A DNA stretch of 64,000 nucleotides from a virus (lineage: Duplodnaviria; Caudoviricetes). The stretch is taken from IMG/VR virus record IMGVR_UViG_2974791771_000001, positions 12,822-76,821 of that record. One strand, 5' to 3'. A program made the position numbers and the translations under genes. Below, in pieces: positions 1 through 10,790 of the stretch (the first letter of the stretch is position 1; every line of letters starts with the position of its first letter). The notes under the pieces were generated by a model. It was not told the DNA's origin. It searched no databases and saw nothing but the letters and a program-made list of their open reading frames with translations.

Positions 1-1
1 C

Positions 2-559
2 CCCACCAAGTTGACTGGTGTTGGTGGCAGCCTGATTACGTTGCCGACCAACTGGCTGTCCTTCGGTGAGTTGGATCAGCAGGCCGGTATCACGATCACC
101 CCCGATCAGTCGACTGCGGATGTCCGTGGCTACGGCTCGATGGGTCCGCGTCGTGTTGTGAAGACTGAAGAGTCGGTGACCCTTGGGTTCTCGCCTCAGG
201 AGTCGCGCAATCTCGCCGTGTCGGCCTTCTGGGGCCTGGATATGGAAGACCTGGTTGCTGACGCCAATGGCGAATGGCAGGCGAAGAAGAGCTACGCGTC
301 GAGCCTTCAGTACTGGTCGCTGATTCTGCTCTCGGCTGACGAGAACAAGTACGGCGATGTCTACAACTACTGGATCTTCCCGAAGGTCTCGGTTACGCAG
401 ACTGACGCGATCTCGCTGGCGACCGATTCGGCGATGGTTTACCCGCTGACCTTCACCGCGTTTGAGGATGCCGAGTACGGCGGATTCATGGCGATGGGTG
501 CGGGTGGTCCGGGCCAGGCGGCTGTCAATGTCGCGGCTGGGTTCGCTGAGGGTTCTTGA
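2..559 (+). CDS. Major tail protein (5'-truncated by window edge)
   Basis: Frame is open from base 2. Position upstream of the tail chaperone and tape measure genes; sequence style of actinophage tail tube proteins (W..FGEL...GITIT, YPLTFTAF). Confidence 0.8.
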   Translation, partial: PTKLTGVGGSLITLPTNWLSFGELDQQAGITITPDQSTADVRGYGSMGPRRVVKTEESVTLGFSPQESRNLAVSAFWGLDMEDLVADANGEWQAKKSYASSLQYWSLILLSADENKYGDVYNYWIFPKVSVTQTDAISLATDSAMVYPLTFTAFEDAEYGGFMAMGAGGPGQAAVNVAAGFAEGS

Positions 560-628
560 TGACCACGGTGCCGGGGGACTTCTTGTTCCCCGGCACCTCC
601 GTCTACCCGGCTTAATGGAGGTTGATTG

Positions 629-1867
629 ATGGCACGCTATAACCCCAATGCTTGGGTGAACGGTCGGCAGGGTGGCACACCAATCACTGCCGAGAAGTTG
701 AATCGGCTGGAAGAGGCTGTTGCAGATGCCTCGTTCAATCCAAAGCCGATCGTCATCTCTACACGATCCAAGACTGGCAACCTACGCCAGGCCACATCCT
801 CTGCGGCGTCACTGTCTGCGGGCACCACTACCGCGCATAGCACCCGCCTTCGGCACTTCGCGACCGCGAACGCCCACTCAATCCAGATTGTCTACGGCAA
901 CATTGCAATGGGCGAGCCTGGGCCAAACCCGATCACAGTCAAGTCCGCATTCGAATATGCGGCTGGCGCTGTCGTTCCTGCGTTCTTCAACGGCGCTCGC
1001 ACGGCCACCGATCAACCGGGCGGAATCCTCGTCACGGACGCGATCCCCGCCGAGGTTGCACCAGGGACATTCTTCCGCACGCGGCAGATGGTCTCGGTGT
1101 CGACGGTAGGCGAGAAGTGGCCGATTGGTGCACTCATAAACACTTCGGTTGGTGATGGCGGCGCGGCCACGGATACCGTTGATGGCGGGAACATGCCTGA
1201 CAACAACGGCGCAGGCGTCTTCTGTCCGACTGCGGTCATTGGTGTCCCCTATGAGCCCACTGCGGCGCTTTACATCCTGGGTGATTCGATCATGCAGGGT
1301 GTGGGCGACACGGGCGGCGAGCCAGCCACGGACGCGGGTTGGGTGTGCCGCGCCCTGAATAGCCAGTACGGCTACATCAACGCATCGCGGGCGGGCGAGA
1401 CTGCCGAACAGTTTGCCCCTGGCAATGCGCGGCGTCTTGGACGATTGCAGCTTGCCCAGTACTGCACCCACGCACTAGTGGGTCACGGAGTGAACGACAT
1501 CAAGGCGGATGTCACTCTCGCGCAGCTTCAGGCTCGTTTGCTGTCGATGTGGAACACACTAGATCGCATGGGCTTGAAGGTTTATCAGTCCACGATCACG
1601 CCTGTCACGACTGGAACCTTCTCCACGCCGGAGGGTCAGGTTAAGCAGTCTGCTGCGCGCGAGGCGGTGCGCCTTGGCATTAATGACTGGATTCGCTCTA
1701 CCCCTGGCCCACTTTCGGGCTATGTGGAGGCTGCGGATTCGGTGGAGACCGCTCGCGGTTCCGGCACTTGGAAGAACGATTTGACAGCGGACGGTACACA
1801 TCCGAACGCTGCGGGTGCAGCCGCTATGGCAGCGGGCTGGAACCCATCTGTAACACTCGCGCTCTGA
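629..1867 (+). CDS. SGNH/GDSL hydrolase with N-terminal virion-anchor-like segment
   Basis: Blocks GDSIMQG, NASRAG, GHGVND, DGTHPN. N-terminus W.NG..GGTPITAEKLNRLE resembles minor tail protein starts. GGAGG RBS at 617-621. Confidence 0.8.
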   Translation: MARYNPNAWVNGRQGGTPITAEKLNRLEEAVADASFNPKPIVISTRSKTGNLRQATSSAASLSAGTTTAHSTRLRHFATANAHSIQIVYGNIAMGEPGPNPITVKSAFEYAAGAVVPAFFNGARTATDQPGGILVTDAIPAEVAPGTFFRTRQMVSVSTVGEKWPIGALINTSVGDGGAATDTVDGGNMPDNNGAGVFCPTAVIGVPYEPTAALYILGDSIMQGVGDTGGEPATDAGWVCRALNSQYGYINASRAGETAEQFAPGNARRLGRLQLAQYCTHALVGHGVNDIKADVTLAQLQARLLSMWNTLDRMGLKVYQSTITPVTTGTFSTPEGQVKQSAAREAVRLGINDWIRSTPGPLSGYVEAADSVETARGSGTWKNDLTADGTHPNAAGAAAMAAGWNPSVTLAL

Positions 1868-1963
1868 TTGGCGCGAATCAAAAGCAAGCAACCATCTAGG
1901 AGTAGCACTCTCACGACGTTACTCCTGGGTGGTTGCTTTCTATCTATAGGAGCATTCCCTCTC

Positions 1964-2263
1964 ATGGCTACCGCAAAGAAGCCGACCGGGATCTTTTACG
2001 ACCTCAAGTCTGAGGTCTCGATTCCCGACGACATCCAAGTCACCCCGACCATCGCGCTCACGTTCCCAACGAAGAAGCAGATGGATGAATATCGGGACGC
2101 GACAACCCCTGACGACGCGCACGCTGCACTGTTTGGTGCTGAGACGTTCGCGAAGCTCAAAGAACTGTTCGATGGAGAGCCGCCCCAGTTGTGGCTTGGT
2201 TTCGTCAAGCACGTGAACGAGCACTGGTTCGGCAAGGGGGCCGATGAAGTAGAGGGAAAATAG
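1964..2263 (+). CDS. Tail assembly chaperone (gpG-like)
   Basis: Lies before the tape measure gene and ends in the slippery heptamer GGGAAAA directly before TAG. Confidence 0.9.
   Translation: MATAKKPTGIFYDLKSEVSIPDDIQVTPTIALTFPTKKQMDEYRDATTPDDAHAALFGAETFAKLKELFDGEPPQLWLGFVKHVNEHWFGKGADEVEGK
2254..2260 (+). other. -1 programmed ribosomal frameshift site G GGA AAA
   Basis: X XXY YYZ heptamer. The -1 frame (ATA GCG GGC CTT CTT ACC ATG) is open and in frame with ORF 2278..2751. Confidence 0.92.
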
Positions 2264-2751
2264 CGGGCCTTCTTACCATGATCGACAAGCATTGGGGCGA
2301 GCTTGAGTGGGACTTTCAAACCATTCTCAACTTGCGCGCAATGGACTGGATCGAGGGTAAGAAGGATTGGCGTGAGTTTTACCGCCTGAAGTCGCGGCTC
2401 GGTATGGGGACCGAGTATTTCTCCGCAGTTGTCAATGATCCCGAAATTGCTCAGGTGATGGCCGATCAGCTAGAGGCTGACCCGGAACGCCGTAAGGGGC
2501 CGACGAATCCGCCGGCCGCTGGCTGGTTCCCGTGGAAAGACGATATGGCTGACATCAAGGATCACCTGATTGCTCTCCGTGCTGTGACTGCGGGGGCTAA
2601 GTCGCACGAGGTGCAGTTTACGAAGCGCCCCGTGTTTGAGGTTGAACGTATTCGACGGCAGAAGGCCGTCAAGCGGCTCCGTAAAGCAACGTCGATGTTG
2701 CTGCCGCATCAGAACATCAACGTATTCGATTTTGAGAAGAAGGATAAGTAA
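2260..2751 (+). CDS. Tail assembly chaperone frameshift extension (gpT part of the G-T fusion 1964..2751)
   Basis: Reached by the -1 frameshift; W.LE.DFQ..L motif typical of actinophage gpT. Confidence 0.88.
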   Translation: MAGLLTMIDKHWGELEWDFQTILNLRAMDWIEGKKDWREFYRLKSRLGMGTEYFSAVVNDPEIAQVMADQLEADPERRKGPTNPPAAGWFPWKDDMADIKDHLIALRAVTAGAKSHEVQFTKRPVFEVERIRRQKAVKRLRKATSMLLPHQNINVFDFEKKDK

Positions 2752-2756
2752 TCCAA

Positions 2757-3125
2757 ATGGCTACCAAGAACACCGCTCCCCTGTCGCTCGTTGAGAAGCT
2801 TCGTGAGGATTCGCCGGAACTGTTCGGTGGTGTGCAGTTCACGCCTGAGATTTTCATCCCGTACCCGACTAAGAAGGTTTGCCAGCAGATTGTTGACGCC
2901 AAGTCGGATGAAGAGATTGCTGAGCTGATGCTTGGCGATCAGATTGACGCGATTGACGAAGTGTTGGCTGAGCTGCCGATTGGGGCGGCTGTGAATGCGT
3001 TGGCCGCGCTGATTGTGGCTTTGAAGGCAGGGATCCCGGATGTCGAAGGTTCGTTCAAGAACGCGGGCATCTCGGATGAGGACTTGGAGGCGATGTTCGC
3101 CGACAAGCTTTCTACCAAGGAATGA
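2757..3125 (+). CDS. Second tail-assembly-chaperone-like protein (paralog of 1964..2263)
   Basis: VQFTPEIFIPYPTKK...DAKSDEEIAELMLG aligns by eye with IQVTPTIALTFPTKK...DATTPDDAHAALFG. Confidence 0.6.
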   Translation: MATKNTAPLSLVEKLREDSPELFGGVQFTPEIFIPYPTKKVCQQIVDAKSDEEIAELMLGDQIDAIDEVLAELPIGAAVNALAALIVALKAGIPDVEGSFKNAGISDEDLEAMFADKLSTKE

Positions 3126-3148
3126 TGTGAAGGATGGGGTGATCCCGA

Positions 3149-6100
3149 ATGGCTGCTAACGCTCGGAAGGTTATTGGCGATGCGCTTCTGCGGATCTCCC
3201 CGTCCACCCTTCAGTTCAAGGAAAAAGCTGAAGCTGCGCTTGAGAAGATTCAGATCACGAAAGAGGTCACTCTTCTCGTTGATACGAAGGTTTTCAAGGC
3301 GCGTGTCAAAGAGGCTTTGCGTGAGGTCGATAAGGAACTCACGGTTGATCTGGGTGTGCGTACTTCTGCCGCGACTTCGCGGATCCGGGAGTGGCGTGAG
3401 CGCCAAGAGGCTGCTGACATCCAGATTGATGTCGACGCCGATACAGCTAAGGGTAAGGCTGAGATCACTCAGCTCCGCGAGTCTGAAGAGCACAACGACA
3501 TTGAGATTGGTGTCGATGCTGATACTCGCAAGGCCCGCAATGAGATCGATGATCTGAAGTACCAGTTCCGTGTCGTCCAGGGCTTCTCTGGCATGACGCT
3601 GTTCAATCTGGCGAATATCTCGATGGCCGCTACTGGCATCGCTGGCATCGTCGGGTTGTTGGGTGGCGTGGTTGCTGGTGCTGCTGCTGCCGCTACGGCT
3701 TTGGGCGCTATGGGTGGCGCTGTCGCTATCGGTAGCTCGGGCATCTTCAATGTGTTCTCTGAGTTGCAGGCCGATAAGAAGGCTGCGGCGACTCAGGATC
3801 CGTCGAAGGATGCGAAGAAGGTCACGGATGCCCTTCGTGAGCAGCGTGAGGCGTATCAGCGTGTTGCTGATGCTCAGCAGAATTTGCGGAACGCGTCTGA
3901 GGATTTGGCGTCCGATCAGGACAGGTTGCGTGAGGCGACTCGGGATGCGACTCGTGAGATTCGCGATCAGCGTTTGGAGTTGGAAGAGACGGGCCAGTCT
4001 CAGGAGCGTGCGGCGATCTCGGTTGCTCGTGCTCGTGAGCGCCTGTCTCAGGTCCGTTACGACTATTCGGTGGGCAAGGCGTCCCGGCTGGATGTGCAGG
4101 ATGCTGCTCTATCGGTTCGGGAGTCGGAGACTCGGCTCGCGGCGGCGCAGAATCGTAACGATGATGTGCGCGAGCAGGCCAATCAGGTTTATGCGAATGG
4201 CGTGCAGAAGAACCCGCGTGTGGTTGAGGCTCGCCGGGATGTGCAGCGTAGTCGGCAGAATGTGGGGCGTGCTCAGCGTGAGTTGAGTGACGCGAACACT
4301 GATGCGAAGGCTGTGCAGGCGAATGCTGGTGCGGCGGCGGATAAGACTTCTCGTTTCGATGAGGCGATGAAGAAGCTTTCCCCGAATGCTCAGCAGTTTG
4401 TGCGGGATGTGCGGTCGCTGGGTGGTGCGTGGCGTGAGCTTCGCATGTCGGTGCAGGACACGTTGTTTGATGGCTTGGGGTCGAGCGTTAAGACGTTGGC
4501 CGACAATCAGTTGCCTGGCCTTCGGGCCGGAATGCTGTTGACGGCGGGTGTCGCTAACAATCAGCTCAAGAAGTCGATGGATGTTCTGGATTCGACTTTC
4601 AGCGAGTTCCAGGCTGATGGTACGGCGGGACGTTTCTGGTCTTCGATCGAGTCTCAGTTCCGCAACTTCGCGCCTGCGGTTGATGGTGTTACTCGGGCTC
4701 TGACGACTTTGAGCATCGAGTCCGGCGAGGGCGTTGGTACGTTCTTCGGCGATCTGGGTGTGTTCCTGCGTGATGGTGCGCAGATGTGGGGCGAGTTCGG
4801 CGGCCAGGCGATGGAGTCGCTTGGCAATCTGCTGCACCTGTTCAATCGTTTCTCTGAGACGATGATGCCTACGTTCCAGGCTGCGTTGCCTGCTATCGAG
4901 CAGGTTTTCGGTGCCCTGAACAAGGTGTTGGGCGATAACTCGGGCCGTCTGGCTGAGTTCATGTCGTCTATCGGTAATGCGCTGTCGCAGCTCATCATTG
5001 CTGCCGCGCCGCTGATCGTGATGATTGTCGAGCCGTTGACGATGATCCTGAATGGGATCGCAGGTCTGCCGACTCCGCTTGTCGCTGTGGGTATTGCGAC
5101 TCTACTAATCACTCGCTCACTGTTGCAGGTTGTGATCGGTTTCGGCAACCTGATCGGACGCGTTGTGGCTGCCGGTCAGAGCTTCCGTAACTTGCAGACT
5201 GCGAGTCAGCGTTTCAGTCAGGGTATGCGCAATGACGTGACCCGTGCTGGTGATGGCGCGAACACTGCGATGTTCAAGTTCGGTCGGCAGTACCAGCGGA
5301 TTATGACTGGGGTCCAGGAGACTTCGGTTCGTTCGTGGGGCGCTTTCCAGCGCCACGCCCAGAACGCAGCTTTGGGGGCATCCAGGGCGGTCGGTAACGT
5401 CCGAACTGGTGTTGCTCAGCTCATCACTACGACTGATCGTGCTACGCAGGCTCAGACGCGTTTGGGCCGCGCTATGGAGGCTGCGGGACGTATGTCTCCG
5501 TGGGCTCGCATTCTGTCGATCCTGACGGTTATCGCGACGATCGCTGGCACTGTCATGATGCTGTTCGGAATGGGTGATGCTTCGGCTCAGTCCATGACGG
5601 GCACCACGACTGATGGTGTGGAGCAGATGTCTTCGGGCATCGGCAGTGCGACCGACAAAATGATGATCTTCATGTCAGTGGTCACGCTGCTGCCGATGTT
5701 GATGATGAGTGCTACGACTCGGGCTGCGATGGCTACGGCTGCCACGAACTTGTGGGCTGCGTCGGGTCGCGCTTTGGCTGCGTCGATGGCGTTCCTGGGG
5801 GCCTTGCCTGGCCGGATTGTTGCTGCGACTGTGGCGATGAAGGGTGCTGCTGCTGCGTCGAGGGCGTGGGCTGTTGTCCAGGCTGCGCTCAATGTTGTGA
5901 TGTCGATGAACCCAATCGGGTTGGTGGTCATCGCGATTGCCGCTTTGGTGGCCGGCGTCATCTGGGCGTGGAACAAGTTTGAGGGCTTCCGCAATGCGGT
6001 GAAGTTCTTGTGGGAACTGTTCCTGGATACGAATCCTATTGCGCTGCTGGTCAAGGGCATCAAGTGGGTGGTCGAGAACTTCGACAAGCTGCTCGGTGTG

Positions 6101-9100
6101 TTCTCGGGGCTCGGCAAAGCCTGGGACAAGGTGTGGGGCTGGATCAAAAAGGGCGCAGAGAACATGGGTTCTCTGTTCAAGCGTATCGCTGAGGGCATCT
6201 CAAAGGCGTTCTCGGGCATCGCGAATGTACTGAAGACTCCGATCCACCTGGTCGGCAAGCTGCTGTCCGCGATGGGCAATCTGAAGATTCTGGGCAAGAA
6301 CTTGCCTGGGTCTGATGGGTTGCGTTCTGTTGGTGACCGCCTTCAGAAGTTGCGTGTCGGTGGTGAGGTTCCTGCGGGTGTTGACGCTCAGGGCTGGTTG
6401 TTTGGTCCGGGTGGCTCTCGCGAGGATCAGGTGTTGGGTATCGACCCGGCTACGGGCCGTCCTACTGCGTTCGTGTCGCCGGAAGAGTTTGTGGTCAATG
6501 CTCATTCGGCTGCGAAGTATGCGCCGTTGGTGGAGGCTATCAACCGGGATGATCCGCGTTTGTCGGCGTTGGCTCGGCTGGATACTGGTGGCCGTCCTGA
6601 CGGTAAGGCTATGTCGCGCGACCAGTTCGATACGGCTTGGCACAACTACTTTGGTCGTTACGCGAACATCTCGCGCGAGGATGCCGCAACCGGGCTGAAC
6701 AAAGAAGAGTTGAGGCCGCTAGCTCCGAGTGAGATCGCGGTGTCCGGTAACGAGGGTTACGTTCGTGAGAACTACCTGGGCAACAATCCGGACATCAACC
6801 GGCTGTACCGCACTGGGCAGATGCCGCCTTCGTTCGCTGAGCGTGATCACACGTTGGCGTGGAAGGATTATCTGTCTCGTGTTGCGCCGCGTGATCTGCG
6901 TCCGCATGACCGGCGCGTGTATGACGGCGGCTACGCCCCGTACACCGATGAGCAGCGTGACGCCTGGTTCAACAAGTATCCGGGCATCAAGGGGATGCGT
7001 GACCGTGGGCAGATGCCTCCGAGTCCCGCTGATGTTGCTCGGCAGGTTGGCCGCGAGGACAAGTTCAATCAGGAGTGGGATCGGTACCTGAATACTCGGA
7101 TGCTGAATGGCGGCGAGCAGCGTAACCGTGACGTGTTCTGGGCGAACAACCCTGAGTTGTTGAAGCGGTACAAGTCTGGTGGTTTGCCTCCGGATCGCGA
7201 TCAGGACTGGCGTCTTGATCCGACATGGAAGCCTCCTGCTGAAGAGGGCGGCGAAATCAACCTCGACACGTCGGGTGGCGATTTCGAGATGCCTGAGAGC
7301 GGTAGCCCAAGTGGTGGCGGCGATTTCAGTGGCGGCAACTACGGCGGCTCTGGTGAGTGGAACCTGAACGATCCTGCGGGGTCGAATCCGGCGAACGAGA
7401 AGTCTGAGCTTCAGAAGGCTGCGGATGCGGCGGTTGCCGCCGGCCAGGCCAAGGGTATCGATGTTGCGGTTGCGATTTCGGACCCGAAGACTGGCGAGAG
7501 CTACACGGTCAATGCTGAGAAGTCGATGCCTTCAGCGTCGGAGATCAAGCTGGCTGTGGCGTTGGCTGCGGCGAAGAAGGTTGATGCCGGTGAGCTGAGT
7601 ATGGATGAGGTTCGGGGTGACCTGAATCCGATGATCTCCAACTCGGACAACGAGGCCACGAACCGTCTGATCGACAAGGTTGGCGGTGTCGAAGCGGTGA
7701 ATGCCGCGATGGCGGAGATGGGTGTTTCGTCTTCGGATGTTCGACTCGGGCGCAAGCTTGGGGTTGAGGTCGCGGGCGAGGATCCGAACCGGATGACGGT
7801 CACGGGCGCTAACGCGTTGCTGGGCATCATCTATCAGTCCGCTAATGGCTCGGGCAAGGTGTCGCAGAAGTCGGCGAAGTCGATCGTGGATGCGATGCGG
7901 GCTCAGACGGTTGACACCAAGTTTGGTGCGGTGTTGCCGAACGATCAGATCGCGCATAAGACGGGTGAGCTTGGCGGCTCGTCGCACGATATGGGTTACA
8001 TCTTCGATGGCGATAAGTGGCTGGCTGTCAGCATCATGACGAACAAGTCTGGTGCGTCTAGCCAGGCTGACAACAATGCGATCATTCAGCAGTTCGCGAA
8101 GGACGTGTACAACAACCGTCAGGGCCAGATTGGGCAGCCTCAGGGCCAGCCGTCGGGCATGGGTGGTTCTGGCTCGGACCTGAACATTGCTGGCGCTACC
8201 GAGTTCGCTCGGTCGATGGATGGCGTGCCGTATCAGATGGGTGGGTTCTCTCGGGATTCCATCGACTGCTCGGGCATGGTGTCTGCGGTTGTCAACGTCG
8301 CGAAGAACCTTGATCCGTTCGATTCTCGGATGAGCACGGTCACTGAGGGTGACTGGTTGAAGCAGAAGGGTGCGCTGGAAGGTCAGGGCTCGTCGGGCGA
8401 TCTTCGGATCGGCTGGTGGGACCAGGGCGGTGGGGCTAATGGTCACACTGCGGGCACTTTCCCGGATGGCACGAACTTCGAATCGACTGGTCCGAAGGTG
8501 CGTATTGGTGGGCCTGTCGGCTACAACGACAAGCAGTTCACCGATCACATGTACTTCCCTGGTGGCGGCGCTACGGGCTTGAACACGACTGGCACTCCTG
8601 GTGCTACTCCGGACGGCAATTACAACGCTCCGGGTGGTGGTGAGGATCCGTGGAATACGGGCGGTCCTGATGATTCGGAAACCTACACGCCGGAAGAGTG
8701 GGCGTTGGTTCCGTGGCAGGACAAGTTGTTCCCGAAGACGGGCCAGAAGAAGGCTCCGGATGGCGAGAGCGACAAGCTGTCCATTCCGGGCTATGCGGGT
8801 CGTGCTGGTGAGATTCTGGCGCAGGGTGCGTTGGACTTCTTTGGTTTGGGAAGCTCGGTTCTGTCTGACGACAACGAGTGGAATCGTGCGTTCAATGACA
8901 CCTACGAGTGGTGGGGCGATCAGGAACGTAAGAAGAATCTGAAGAAGAACAAGAAGGATGCGCCTCCTGCGGGCACTGGGGCTCGGAATGATCCGACGAC
9001 TCAGCAGTTGCTTCCGGGTTCGAATCCGGGCACTACGCCTCCGGGTCAGCAGACTCCTGCTCCCGCGCCGGCCGATCCGTCTAAGACGGGTACGGCTAAG

Positions 9101-9835
9101 GACCGGGTGATGCACGCGCTGAAGGACTTCGGCTGGAATGTCGGTCCTGAGTGGACATCCACGGAGAAGATCAAGTTCAAGGAATCCGGGCCGGATTGGG
9201 ACACTGGGCGTACTGCCAAGAATCCGAATTCGTCTGCGTACGGCAACTTCCAGTTCTTGGATCAGACGTGGGGCACGGTCGGGATGTCGAAGACGGATGA
9301 TCCGTTCCTTCAGGGTGTCGCGTTTGGTAAGTACATTCGCGGCACTGAGAAGTACGGCACTCCGTCGAAGGCGTTGGCGCATCACGAGGCTCAGGGCTGG
9401 TATGCCGATGGTGGTTGGGTTGCGGGTCCTGGTGGTCCGCGCGATGACCGCATTCGGGCGATGTTGTCGAACAAAGAGTTCGTGGTGAATGCCAAGTCGG
9501 CTGCCGCTGCGGGTGGTTTGTTGGACGTCATCAATGCTGATCCTGTTGCTGCCGGGAATCTGTCTTCGATGGTTGCGGCTGGTGCTCGCACTGGGACTGA
9601 GTTCTTGTCCAGTATCGAGATGTCTCGTTTGCAGGGTATGGAATCACTGGGTGGCTCTGTTCATCAGGCACCTTTGAATACAAGGGCTCCGGCATCTGCT
9701 GGGGCATCCCATGTCGATAACCGTTCGACGTATGGGCATATTTACGCGCTGTCGGCGCGTGAGTTCGAGAAGGTCATCGAGAAGAACGCTGCGAATAAGG
9801 CGTTCTCGCATATCGGTTTGAAGACCGTGCGCTGA
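3149..9835 (+). CDS. Tape measure protein with C-terminal PBP/beta-lactamase-like, NlpC/P60-like and lysozyme/SLT-like domains
   Basis: 2228 aa, Ala/Gly-rich helical and hydrophobic N-terminal half. SEIK, SDN and KTG motifs; DCSG..GH motif; KES...[10 protein letters not shown] motif. Confidence 0.95.
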   Translation: MAANARKVIGDALLRISPSTLQFKEKAEAALEKIQITKEVTLLVDTKVFKARVKEALREVDKELTVDLGVRTSAATSRIREWRERQEAADIQIDVDADTAKGKAEITQLRESEEHNDIEIGVDADTRKARNEIDDLKYQFRVVQGFSGMTLFNLANISMAATGIAGIVGLLGGVVAGAAAAATALGAMGGAVAIGSSGIFNVFSELQADKKAAATQDPSKDAKKVTDALREQREAYQRVADAQQNLRNASEDLASDQDRLREATRDATREIRDQRLELEETGQSQERAAISVARARERLSQVRYDYSVGKASRLDVQDAALSVRESETRLAAAQNRNDDVREQANQVYANGVQKNPRVVEARRDVQRSRQNVGRAQRELSDANTDAKAVQANAGAAADKTSRFDEAMKKLSPNAQQFVRDVRSLGGAWRELRMSVQDTLFDGLGSSVKTLADNQLPGLRAGMLLTAGVANNQLKKSMDVLDSTFSEFQADGTAGRFWSSIESQFRNFAPAVDGVTRALTTLSIESGEGVGTFFGDLGVFLRDGAQMWGEFGGQAMESLGNLLHLFNRFSETMMPTFQAALPAIEQVFGALNKVLGDNSGRLAEFMSSIGNALSQLIIAAAPLIVMIVEPLTMILNGIAGLPTPLVAVGIATLLITRSLLQVVIGFGNLIGRVVAAGQSFRNLQTASQRFSQGMRNDVTRAGDGANTAMFKFGRQYQRIMTGVQETSVRSWGAFQRHAQNAALGASRAVGNVRTGVAQLITTTDRATQAQTRLGRAMEAAGRMSPWARILSILTVIATIAGTVMMLFGMGDASAQSMTGTTTDGVEQMSSGIGSATDKMMIFMSVVTLLPMLMMSATTRAAMATAATNLWAASGRALAASMAFLGALPGRIVAATVAMKGAAAASRAWAVVQAALNVVMSMNPIGLVVIAIAALVAGVIWAWNKFEGFRNAVKFLWELFLDTNPIALLVKGIKWVVENFDKLLGVFSGLGKAWDKVWGWIKKGAENMGSLFKRIAEGISKAFSGIANVLKTPIHLVGKLLSAMGNLKILGKNLPGSDGLRSVGDRLQKLRVGGEVPAGVDAQGWLFGPGGSREDQVLGIDPATGRPTAFVSPEEFVVNAHSAAKYAPLVEAINRDDPRLSALARLDTGGRPDGKAMSRDQFDTAWHNYFGRYANISREDAATGLNKEELRPLAPSEIAVSGNEGYVRENYLGNNPDINRLYRTGQMPPSFAERDHTLAWKDYLSRVAPRDLRPHDRRVYDGGYAPYTDEQRDAWFNKYPGIKGMRDRGQMPPSPADVARQVGREDKFNQEWDRYLNTRMLNGGEQRNRDVFWANNPELLKRYKSGGLPPDRDQDWRLDPTWKPPAEEGGEINLDTSGGDFEMPESGSPSGGGDFSGGNYGGSGEWNLNDPAGSNPANEKSELQKAADAAVAAGQAKGIDVAVAISDPKTGESYTVNAEKSMPSASEIKLAVALAAAKKVDAGELSMDEVRGDLNPMISNSDNEATNRLIDKVGGVEAVNAAMAEMGVSSSDVRLGRKLGVEVAGEDPNRMTVTGANALLGIIYQSANGSGKVSQKSAKSIVDAMRAQTVDTKFGAVLPNDQIAHKTGELGGSSHDMGYIFDGDKWLAVSIMTNKSGASSQADNNAIIQQFAKDVYNNRQGQIGQPQGQPSGMGGSGSDLNIAGATEFARSMDGVPYQMGGFSRDSIDCSGMVSAVVNVAKNLDPFDSRMSTVTEGDWLKQKGALEGQGSSGDLRIGWWDQGGGANGHTAGTFPDGTNFESTGPKVRIGGPVGYNDKQFTDHMYFPGGGATGLNTTGTPGATPDGNYNAPGGGEDPWNTGGPDDSETYTPEEWALVPWQDKLFPKTGQKKAPDGESDKLSIPGYAGRAGEILAQGALDFFGLGSSVLSDDNEWNRAFNDTYEWWGDQERKKNLKKNKKDAPPAGTGARNDPTTQQLLPGSNPGTTPPGQQTPAPAPADPSKTGTAKDRVMHALKDFGWNVGPEWTSTEKIKFKESGPDWDTGRTAKNPNSSAYGNFQFLDQTWGTVGMSKTDDPFLQGVAFGKYIRGTEKYGTPSKALAHHEAQGWYADGGWVAGPGGPRDDRIRAMLSNKEFVVNAKSAAAAGGLLDVINADPVAAGNLSSMVAAGARTGTEFLSSIEMSRLQGMESLGGSVHQAPLNTRAPASAGASHVDNRSTYGHIYALSAREFEKVIEKNAANKAFSHIGLKTVR

Positions 9836-9875
9836 TCGTTTCCTTCAATTTGTCGATTGTTTGGGGAGTAGAAGT

Positions 9876-10790
9876 ATGCCTGAATCCGATCTGTCTATCG
9901 AATGGCGCGGGCCTGATGGTTCCGTTTGGAACGTGTCTGGTCGAGACGCAGAACGGCAGGGTGTGCTTCTGCTCCCCAAGCCGACGAAGCTTTATGACGC
10001 CCCAACTGTGACGTATTGGTCGCAGTCTGCGTGGAAGCATGTGTATCAGGGTTTCCGGCTTGAACGCCGCGAGCCTGTGATTGGTTTCCAGATTTGGGGT
10101 GGCCTTGGCGGGGATGCCCGCGACTGGCGGGACATCGATTCCGAGTTCTCGTTGTCGTGGGAGTTTGAACGCGAAGGCGAGTTGGTGTTCATCACTGATG
10201 ATGGTGAACGTTCTCTTGGGTTGCGCAAGCTGTCTGATCCCGTCTGCTATGAGGGCGAGATTGAGAATGGCCGCGACCCGCACTTGTTGGCCGATGCCAC
10301 TGTGGTTATCAATGCGGCTGGCGAGAACCCGTTGTGGAAGGGCGAGTTGGTCACGACTGACCCGTTTGTGTGCCCGACTACTTCTGGGTCTACGACTTTC
10401 ACTGTTGCTAATGACGGCAACACGGATTTGTGGTTGCGCTGGACGGCCTCTGCTACGCCCGCTGGCGCTCGTTTCACGTTCCCGGACTACTCGTTCGGGA
10501 ACGACGAGTATGGGCGCGCACAGGCCGATTCAGGGCGAACCTGGACCACTCCTGTCCTGCTGGCTGGCGAACACATTGATGTGAACGCCGATCCGGACGA
10601 AGAGTTGTTCCTGTCCTCGAAGGGCACCAATCCGTGGAATCGCTGCGAGGGCAACGGTCTCATGTATCCGATCCCGCCTCACACGCCTCCCACTGAGCTG
10701 ACTGTCTCGTGGACGGGTGTGGCTGCTGGCGACTCAATTGGCTTGCAGTACCAGCGTATGTACACCAGGCCGTGGGGGGTTTCTCGATGA
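9876..10790 (+). CDS. Minor tail protein (distal tail/Dit-like)
   Basis: First gene after the tape measure gene; W.GPDGS.W motif of actinophage Dit proteins. Confidence 0.85.
   Translation: MPESDLSIEWRGPDGSVWNVSGRDAERQGVLLLPKPTKLYDAPTVTYWSQSAWKHVYQGFRLERREPVIGFQIWGGLGGDARDWRDIDSEFSLSWEFEREGELVFITDDGERSLGLRKLSDPVCYEGEIENGRDPHLLADATVVINAAGENPLWKGELVTTDPFVCPTTSGSTTFTVANDGNTDLWLRWTASATPAGARFTFPDYSFGNDEYGRAQADSGRTWTTPVLLAGEHIDVNADPDEELFLSSKGTNPWNRCEGNGLMYPIPPHTPPTELTVSWTGVAAGDSIGLQYQRMYTRPWGVSR

Noticed and set aside
7400-8110. Antibiotic-resistance beta-lactamase
   Set aside because: The domain is fused inside the tape measure protein, so a peptidoglycan peptidase role during DNA entry is more plausible.
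7532-9385. Long reverse-strand ORF (617 aa) and many similar antisense or alternate-frame ORFs (e.g. 12992..14314, 17253..18716, 38284..39654, 40777..42447)
   Set aside because: They shadow well-supported genes, are Arg/Pro-rich and have no RBS or motifs, as expected from stop-codon scarcity in high-GC DNA.
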